Assembly: GCF_009914755.1 (NCBI RefSeq)
Contig: NC_060932.1
DNA from: the human T2T-CHM13v2.0 reference genome, Homo sapiens
Direction: 5' to 3' (one strand)
Length of the DNA stretch: 64,000 nucleotides
Position 1 is the first letter of the stretch. Every line of letters starts with the position of its first letter. A program made the position numbers and the translations under genes. Shown here piece after piece: positions 55,230 through 64,000 of this stretch. The notes beneath the pieces were generated by a model. That model worked only from the letters and a program-made list of their open reading frames with translations. It made no database searches and had not been told where the DNA came from.

Positions 55230-55735
55230 TCCATTAATTCAGCAATTCTGTAATTAGTGCCTACTAGGAATCAGATGCTATTCCTGATGCTGGGCATACA
55301 ATTATGAATAAAATCATTGAGGTCTCTACTTCCTTTGAGCTTACTGTTAGTGGAGGATAGAGATAATAATAAACGCGTTTCAATGAGAGAGCATCCCATG
55401 GTGAGATGACCATTGCTATGAAGCATATAACACAGGGCGGCATGACTGAAGGTGAATGGGTAGGGGTGGGGAGGAACTGCCTTAGCTGTGGTGGCCAGGT
55501 GTCACCTCTAAGGAAGTAACAGTCAAGATAAGAGCTGAATGAGGGATCACTGTGCAGACATCCGGTGACAGACTCTGCAGTACAAGGAACAGCAAATGAA
55601 CAGTGCTGATTATGGGAACATGTTTGCTGTGTTGGAGGAAGACAAAGGTCAGCGTGGCTGAGGAAGTGAGGGAGGGAATGGTTGGTGAGGTTGGCATGAC
55701 AGGAAGGGGGCCGTGGAGACTTGATAAGGAGTTTC
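55230..55735 (-). mobile_element. L2 3' part
   Basis: aattcagcaa...agtgcctactagg...ggaagtaacagtcaagataagagctgaatga...tgttggaggaagacaaagg. Confidence 0.8.
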
Positions 55736-56179
55736 CTAAAGCCGATTTCGAAGAGCTCTCCTTGGCAGCAACACCTTACTTGCCGACCTTACTGCTCTTG
55801 ACAGAGTCTCTACTTGAACATAGAAAATGACAGAATTACCTTTGAATCCGGGCTTGTCAGTCATTCAGTCAGGTCTTCTCCCTAATCACCCTCAATTGTG
55901 AGGATCTGCGATGCTATGAAAGGCAAGTGCCTGTTCCAATAATTACCAGTACATCTGTTTAATCACTTAAACATTTAAAGCCTGAGTTATTCATATGTTC
56001 ATGTGACTTTATAAGCACATCGGGGACTGCTGAATATGAATTTATGTCCCATGTAAAGAACCAGTACACTCTCTCTACATGATGGGACGGGGTGACCATC
56101 AAACTGTGGAAAGTGGGTACGTTTTGACGTGAAATAAGAGTGATACTATTTCACTATAGTTTTCCTTTACTATCTGGTG

Positions 56180-56490
56180 TTCCAGAACATTCCTTCTTCG
56201 CCACCATAGCATGTGGCCCTATCAAAGCCCCTCTATCTTCTCAAGGCTCAGCAGTCTCAGGTATAGTAACCATTCTTTGTGTGACATATTTCGTCACCCT
56301 TCAGTGCTCTGATCACTCACTACTTTATTGGATGTTGTTGGTCATACAAATATGACCAAAAGTGATCTAACCAATCAAAAGTGGGTCAGATGGATGAAGA
56401 GTAAAGTAGAGCTTTATATTCTGGATGCTACATCCATTTTCACTATTTAAGGTCACCCTAGCTTTTTTGAAATCCACTTCACATTTTTTT
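56180..56490 (-). mobile_element. L3/CR1 fragment
   Basis: ttctggatgctacatcc...taaggtcaccctagcttttttgaaatccacttcaca resembles the reverse complement of the CR1 CDAAAKKANAILG region. Confidence 0.45.
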
Positions 56491-57024
56491 TCCTTTCCAA
56501 GGAGAAATTTAAAATAATCATCTCTTTTAGTCTAAAAACAAAAACAGATACTGTTTATAAGCCTTTCTTCATAAAAAAAATTAGAGCTAGTAATTATTGA
56601 AATTGATAGTAGCAAAAGCCATAGCTACCATTTCATGTCTCCTGTTTATGTGCCATACAGTCACCTAGACCCTTGCATATGTCATTTCTGGTTGGCATGA
56701 GGCTTCTATCAAGTATTTATTATTATTCTCAGTCTACATATAAAACTGGAATTAAGAAGTTATGTAATCTCATTCAAATTTTCACTTCTGGTAATTAGCA
56801 TATCCAGGTTTCAAACAAGATTTGTTTGGCTCAACAGCCCAAAGTTGTAATCACCTCACTCTCTAGCCCCATTTAAAATCCAAATAGCCACCACTGTACT
56901 GTATCCCAAGAGTTTTATGAATATGAGCTCAATTACTCCTCACCACAGCCTAATAAAAATGAGTGTTTTGTGCCTATGCAAAAAAAAAAAAATGAAGATG
57001 AGAAGTTTTCTTCAGGACCTTACA

Positions 57025-57460
57025 ATTTCAAGTGACAGAAAACCTAAGTTTTAATGGTTTAATGGTTCATATAAAGTCTAGGGGTGGGCCTGGCTTCAGT
57101 CATGCCTAAGCCTAAAGGAGATAATCTCCCTCTCTTCATCTCTTTACTGTATGTTTCTCTCTGTCAGCTACCTTCACACATAGCCTTCCCTGCAGAAGTA
57201 GCAGAATAGCTTCCAGCAGCTACAGGCTCACATCCTCTCTGGTCACCCTAGAAGACCAGCCATGCCTCTCTCCCTGTAGTTCCTACAGTTTCTGGAATTG
57301 AGTGTCATTTTCCTTGATTGGCTTGACCTGAAATACATGCTCCCCCTGGGGCAGGAAGATCAGCTCAATGCAACTCAAACCCCAAAAGAAGAGAAGTGGT
57401 ACATTGTACCTTCCCCAAAAAGAAAGGGGGGTGACTATTGGCTGAGCAAAACAAACAAAC
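57025..57460 (-). mobile_element. MLT1K/L-like LTR
   Basis: caagtgacagaaaacc...aagtctaggggtgggcctggcttcag...ccagcagctacaggctcacatcc...tgattggcttgacctg. Confidence 0.7.
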
Positions 57461-58789
57461 AAAAAAATCTTTCTATGTGCCTCCAGTGCAATAGCAGTAA
57501 GTGGCATAGTCAGGACTCAGATCCAGATTCATAAGGCTCCAAAATACTTTCTCTTACCCTTTATGCTGTCTTTTATCTCCATATAATTGTCTTTTAAAAT
57601 TCATTGTGAGACTGTGAAGCTCCTGTACTTTCGTTAAAAAAATTATTAAGGAAGTGATGTTCAAAAGCATCAGCATACTTGTGGTTAATCTCTTTTAAAA
57701 TAGCAAGTCTATCAATGTACAGGTAAATACTATTTCTAGAAGCTAGAAACTCTGAACTTTAGGTAAGAAAATATAATGATTTCGTGTCTAATTTCATAGA
57801 TATCTTTGCGTTAAGTAAAATGTCCCTCTTCATATCTCCAAAATAAAGGATATTTAGCATAGAATGGAATTTTTCTTACCTTATAAGACTGCACTATTTT
57901 CTGCCTTTTACACCAATGCAACTGGTCTTTATCAACAACTCACAATCTTTATTTCATTATCTTTGACCTCTGATTTAGAGGACAGTACTCTCCCCTTGGG
58001 AGAAATTAGGAAGCATATAAGCAGAAAGAAATCATGTAAACAATGGAAAGAGGACACTATTAGGAACCAAGAAACCAGGATCATGATCCCAATTTGACAT
58101 TGGCTCCCTGTGAATAAGGGATGGCAAATGGGTTCTAACTTTCTGAGATGATCTCCAACAACCCTCTTATATAATCTCTTTAATGGCTGTTTTCATGCTG
58201 AATGCAATAGAGTTTTTCATATTAGCCAATAAAGCAAAACTCATTCACTCAGACAAAATGAATTGAGAATCTATGACAAGGTACTGTGGTAGATACAGTG
58301 AAGCTGCAAGATGCCTCCTCCTAGGAATTTGTTGTCATCCCCTAAAATGCATTGTCTAATATGTGTATGACACTGTGCTAGAAGCTGGGACTGTAGAGAT
58401 GTAAAGAAAACTACTGGGGGCTTATACACTAGCTGGAGAGATGTAAGCAAAAAGAAAGATAAACACAACAAGGCAGCATATTTGATGTGTGATGTGCCAT
58501 GTGAACAGGACAAACACCCACTTTAGAAATTCAGCTTCTAATGACCAGTGCAGATCTTTAGGGACTGTTCACACGTACATTGTAATATGTGTGGATCTCG
58601 TTGTGTCCATGGGTATCAGCATAGAGGTAAATGTAGGAGATCAAGGTAGGGACACAAGGACTAGATTGTCAACCAATTATATTCAAATCCAGAGTCATCT
58701 AAATAAAGAAAGAGATTGGGAAGCCCACCACAAACCAGAGAAATGGTTATATCTACCTATGTTAAAATGCAAAACAGGAGTCACTAGTT

Positions 58790-59021
58790 TGTATTGACAT
58801 ATGCTGTAAATGAAAAACACACCCTGAATTTCCCAGATTTAATATGAAAAAAATGCAAAATATCTCAATCATTTCTATACTGACTACATGTTGAAATGAT
58901 ACTATTTTGGATATACTGAACTAAATAAAACATAATTAAAGTTACTTATTTTTTAATGTGGCTTCCAGAACATTTAAAATTACATATATGGCTTATATGA
59001 TATGGCTATTGGATGGCACTG
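58790..59021. mobile_element. MER33-like hAT element
   Basis: aaaatatctcaatcatttctatactgactacatgttgaaatgatactattttggatat...aatgtggcttccagaacatttaaaattacatatatggc...tattggatggcactg. Confidence 0.8.
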
Positions 59022-59495
59022 GGTTTCCTGCTTTGGAACTGTGCAAATCATTTAACTGCTCTGATATTCATTTTTATCATCTGTAAAATGGGGATGAAAG
59101 TAGTGCTGTTCTCACAGATTTGTTCTTAGTGTTAAATCAAATAATACTTAATAAGTACTTACCAGTGCCCAGCTTACAGTTAGGATTCAATAAATGAGAG
59201 CAGTATGTTCATGATACAGACATAACATGTTGGTGCAGGACGATATAGCTTGTCCAATAAGTGTGGAATTAGATTAGCACTACTCCGCTTCCCATAATTT
59301 ACTAGCCTTATGACCTTGGGCCAGTTACTTAACCTCTAAGTACCTCAGCCCCCACCTGCATATGAATTGGGTTTATTAAGAGATGCATCCCCATTGCTGT
59401 TCTTGGGATAATTAAATGAGATAATCCATGAAAGGTGCTTAGAACCTTCCTGGAGCAAAATGATGGAAAATTATATTTGTATTGTTGTTACTGCA
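59022..59495 (+). mobile_element. Two tandem MIR fragments
   Basis: tcatctgtaaaatgggga (59077) and tgaccttgggccagttacttaacctct (59311). Confidence 0.8.
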
Positions 59496-59557
59496 ATTGT
59501 TCATATTCAGAAGATATTTGCTTCTTTAAAAATTGTATTTCTATTTGTGTTTGTTAC

Positions 59558-59930
59558 TGCTATGGACCGAATTTCTGCGTCTCTTTAAAATTCATGTGTT
59601 GAAACCTTAATCCCAAATGAAATGACATTTGGAGTTGGGGGCCTTTGAGAGGCAATAAGGATTAGATTAGATCAAGAGAGTAAAGCCCCGGTGATGGGAT
59701 TAAGTGCCCTTATAAGGAGTTGAAGAGACCAGAGCTTTCTCGCTACCATGTGAGGACATAGCAAGAAGGTATCTCTCTGGAAACCAGGAAGAGAGCCCTC
59801 GCCAAAAACCTGACCACACTGTTACACTCTGATCCCAGATTTCTAGCCTCCAGAACTGTGAGAAAAAAAAAGTTTGTTTTTTAACACAGCCAGTCTATCG
59901 TAGTTTGTTAGAGCAGCCCAAAATAAAACA
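59558..59930 (+). mobile_element. MLT1A-like MaLR solo LTR
   Basis: tgctatggaccgaat...aaattcatgtgttgaaacc...gatgggattaagtgcccttataag...agcctccagaactgtgagaaa...gcagccc. Confidence 0.9.
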
Positions 59931-60149
59931 GTTGTTTTAGTTTAAAATTTTTAAAATTTAGTTCAATTTGTGTTTTTCCTGATATTTGCTTTCCTTTTTT
60001 TCTGATATTTTGTTTTAAATTCAGAGATTCTAAACCACTGTGTGTTATGAATTCCCATGTAGCTAAAGGCATGTGCTGGCTTTTAAAAGTCACTGCCCAC
60101 CCCACCTCAATCACCTTCTTATTTGACATACAAACATTGTGGATTTTAT

Positions 60150-60275
60150 CTTGCCCTGCTACCTGCTAGGAGATCGAGCAGAGCATTTGTTTTCTTACTA
60201 CTGAATCCTTAATACTTAGCAACATGCCACCAAGTATTCACCAAAGGGTTCAATAAATTCATTGAATGAATGAGA
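60150..60275 (+). mobile_element. L2 3' end
   Basis: ctactgaatccttaatacttagcaac...ttcaataaattcattgaatgaatga. Confidence 0.65.
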
Positions 60276-61484
60276 AACCCGATATAAATACTTACTTGAA
60301 GAATAATAATGAAATCAAGTTTTAATATAGTTCTAATTAGGTTCTGCATTTAAAGCTCTTATGTGAATAAAATCCTTGAGAATTTGTGAATTTTTTAAAT
60401 CATTGACTAGATTCTGGATAGCTGAAGTTAATGGATAAGTGAGGTTTTACTGTGGCTGATATTCGGAGGCATGAAGAAAATTTCACTGAATTGACCTTTT
60501 ATTTCATCTTCAACTAAATGGAAAAAAGTCTGCTCCATATTATAGAGAGAACTGAGAGTGGTGCTCCTCAGCGGTGGGACTGCGTTGGTAATTTTCAAGG
60601 TGGACAGCAGTTTTAGAAACTCTAGGATGTTATATAGATAATTGTAGTCTTATAATTTATTGATTTATTCCCACACCCACACCCTACCCCAAAAAGCTAT
60701 GGTCTAATAGGCTCTGCTTTGAAGAAAAGAGTGCAATATTTTCTGGACAGTTGTGCTCAGTGCTGCCATATGGACGACTGCACAATTTGTCCTCAATCCT
60801 CATGTCACAGGACAATCGGCTCAATCTCTAATGAAAATGTGATGTTTTTTCTATATATACTGAAAAGTACTGCTGATTTCAGTAGTAGAGAAATTATATG
60901 GTATATTATTACATGGTAAACTATTTGGTATGTAGTTAAAGAATAAAGAAAAGATACTTCCATTCCTTTCTAGTTCTGGGTGATAGAATAATTTCCAACT
61001 CATCAAAATTTCATTGTTAAACCTTACTATAGCCCTAGGCATGCATCTAAAACATATCAAGCCACTGTTGAATAGATTACTAGCCACAGTTTCCACTCTC
61101 ATTTTTTCTTTTCAGGAAGGCATAGGATTTGGTTTGTAATTATTATATCCTTAGATACAGAAAATTAAAAAATAATATTTAAGAGATTATTCAGCAGTTG
61201 GGATTTTTAAGTAATAATTTAGCTTTAGTCTTTGAAAACATACTGAAATATAAAACATCACCAAATTAAAATTAAAATACCAGTATAGCATGTTAACCTA
61301 GATGATAGGAGTGTTTTATCACCAATGTGTATTCCTAGGTTAAATGTATAAAAATAATTGGTACTTCCCCATTCGTACCATATTCCCAGTATTAGTATTA
61401 GCCATTGCTTAATTTTTAATAGCTGAGCTTGGATTTATAAACTTCTGTTTAAAATTTTCATTGTTTTTTAAAAAGATAGTATCA

Positions 61485-64000
61485 TCTGCTAGGATTTTTA
61501 TGGTTTTGTGTTTTACATTTAAGTCTTTAATCCATCTTGGGTTAATTTTTGTGTAAGGTGAAGGAAGGGGTCCAGTTTCAGTTTTCTGCATATGGCTAGC
61601 CAGTTTTCCCAGCACTGTTCACTGAATAGATCCTTTCCCCATTGCTTGTTTTTGTCAGGTTTGTCGAAGATCAGATGGTTGTAGATGTATGGTATTATTA
61701 TTTCTGAGGTCTCTGTTCAGGTCCATTGGTCTATATGTGTGTTATGGTACCAGTACCATGCTATTTTGGTTACTGTAGCCTTGTAGTATAGTTTGAAGTC
61801 AGGTGGCATGATGCCTCCAGCTTTGCTCTTTTTGCTTAGGATTTTCTTGGCTATATGGGGTTCTTTGATTCCATGTGAAATTTAAAATAGTTTTTTCTAA
61901 TTCTGTGAAGAACGTCAATGGTAGTTTGATGGGAATAGTATTGAATCTCTAAATTACTTTGGGCAGTATGGCCATTTTCACGACATTGATTTTTCCTATC
62001 CATGAGGATGGAGTGTTTTTCCATTTGTTTGTGTGCTCTCTTACTTCCTTGAGAACTGGTTTGTAGTTCTCCTTGAAGAGGTCCTTCACATCCCTTGCTA
62101 GCTGTATTCCTAGGTATTTTATTCTCTTTGCAGTGATTGTGAATGGGAGTTCATTCATGATTTGGCTCTCTGCCTGCCAATTGTTGGTGTAAAGGAATGC
62201 TTGTGATTTTCACACATTGATTTTGTATCCTGAGACTTTGCTGAAGTTGCTTATCAGTTCAAGAAGTCTTTGGGGTGAGATGATGGGGTTTTCAAAATAT
62301 AAAGACATGTCGTCTGCAAACAGTAACAACTTGACTTCCTCTCTTCCTATTTGAATAGCCTTTATTTCTTTCTCTTGCCTGATTGCCCTGGCCAAAACTT
62401 CCAATACTATGTTGAATAGGAGTGGTGAGAGAGGGCATCCCTGTGTACTGGTTTTCAAAGGGAATGCTTCCAGCTGTTGCCCATTCAATATGATATTGGC
62501 TGTGTGTTTGTCATCAGTAGCTCTTATTATTTTGAGATATGTGCCATAAATACCTAGTTTCTTGAGAGTTTTTACCATGAAGTGGTGTTGAATTTTATCG
62601 AAGCCTTTTTCTGCATCTATTGAGATAATCATGTGATTTTGTCTTTGGTTCTGTTTATGTGATGGATTACGTTTATTGATTTGCATATGTTGAACCAGCC
62701 TTGCATCCTAGGGATGAAGCCAAGACTTGATCATGGTGGGTAAGTTTTTTGATGTGCTGCTGGATTCAGTTTGCCAGTATTTTATTGATAATTTTCGCAT
62801 CGATATTCATCAGGGATAATGGCCTGAAGTTTTCTTTTTTTCTTGTGTCTCTTCCCGGTTTTGGTGTCAGGACGGTACTGGCTTCATGAAATGAGTTAGG
62901 GGAGAGTCCCTCCTTTTCGATTGTTTGGAATAGTTTCAGAAGGAATGGTACCAGCTCCTCTTTGTACCTCTGATAGAATTCAGCTGTGAATCCGTCTGGT
63001 CCTGGGCTTTTTTTTCGTTGGTAGGCTATTAATTACTACCTCAATTTCATAGCTTATTACTGATCTATTCAGGGATTCGACTTCTTCCTGGTTTAGTCTT
63101 GATAGGGTGTATGCGTCCAGGAATTTATCCATTTCTTCTAGATTTTCTAGTTTATTTGCATAGAAGTGTTTATAGTATTCTCTGATGGTAATTTGTATTT
63201 CTGTGGGGTCAGTGGTGATATCCCCGTTATCATTTTTTATTGTGTCTATTTGATTCTTCTCATCTTCCCTCTTAGTCTAGCTATCGGTCTATCTATTTTG
63301 TTAATTTTTTCAAAGAAACACCTCCTGCATTAAGATTTTTTGGAGGGTTTTTCATGTCTCTATCTTCTTCTTTTCTGATCTTAGTTATTTCTTGTCTTCT
63401 GCTAGCTTTTGGATTAGTTTGCTTTTGCCTCTCTAGCTCTTTTATTTGTGACTTTAGGGTGTTGATCTGAGATCATTTTAGCTTTCTGATGTGGGCATTT
63501 GGTGCTATAAATCTCCCTCTTAACAGTGCTTTATCTGTGTCCCAGAGATTCTGGTACGTTGTATCTTTGTTCTCATTGGTTTCAAAGAACTTCATTTCTG
63601 CCTTAATTTCGTTATTTACTTAGGAGTCATTCAGGAACACGTTGTTCAATTTCCATGAAATTTTGTGGTTTTGAGTGAGTTTCTTAATCCTGAGTTCTAA
63701 TTTCATGGCACTGTTGTACTGAGAGACTGTTTATTATAATTTCAGGTTTTTTTTTGCATTTTGCTGAGGATCATTTTACTTCCAACTATGAGGTTGATTT
63801 TAGAATAAGTGCCATGTGGTGCTGAGGACAATGTATACTCTGTTGATTTGGGGTAGAGAGTTCTGTAGATGTCTACTAAGTCTACTTGATCCAGAGCTGA
63901 ATTCAAGTTCTGAATATCCTTGTTAATTTTCTGTCTCGTTGATCTGACTGATACTGACAGTGGGGCATTAAAGACTCCTACTATTATTGTGTGGGAGTCT
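61485..64000 (-). mobile_element. L1PA (about PA7-10) ORF2 segment, endonuclease to post-RT, runs off window
   Basis: DSHTIIVGVFNAPLS at right edge; [32 protein letters not shown] (ORF 62210-62686), [16 protein letters not shown]; stops and frameshifts. Confidence 0.98.

Noticed and set aside
60555-60612. REST/NRSE-like half sites (gtggtgct, ggacagc)
   Set aside because: Orientation and spacing do not match RE1, and the left half is degenerate.
62210-62686. 158-aa RT ORF as an active CDS
   Set aside because: Fragment of a frameshifted, decayed L1 ORF2.

Overview
Primate (most likely human) AT-rich, CpG-poor non-coding DNA that looks like part of a large intron or intergenic region. I find no protein-coding exon, RNA gene or CpG island. 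Every ORF with a recognisable product is a transposon relic: Alu, ERV-L gag/pro/pol, L1 ORF2 or L2. Much of the window is interspersed repeat: 11 dimeric Alus plus a monomer, a 4-kb decayed ERV-L/MLT2 provirus, solo LTR22 and LTR8, THE1C, several MLT1, LTR33, L1M and L1PA pieces, L2, L3/CR1, MIR, MADE1 and MER elements. Most Alus and LTRs lie on the minus strand, which hints at a plus-strand host transcript. The most unusual signal is an L1ME-derived inverted repeat at 38825-39379 with a 56/58-bp core, far more self-similar than its age predicts. The terminal L1 also carries a twin-priming signature. I could not support a novel multi-gene system. Subfamily names are from memory of consensus sequences and need RepeatMasker/Dfam confirmation.
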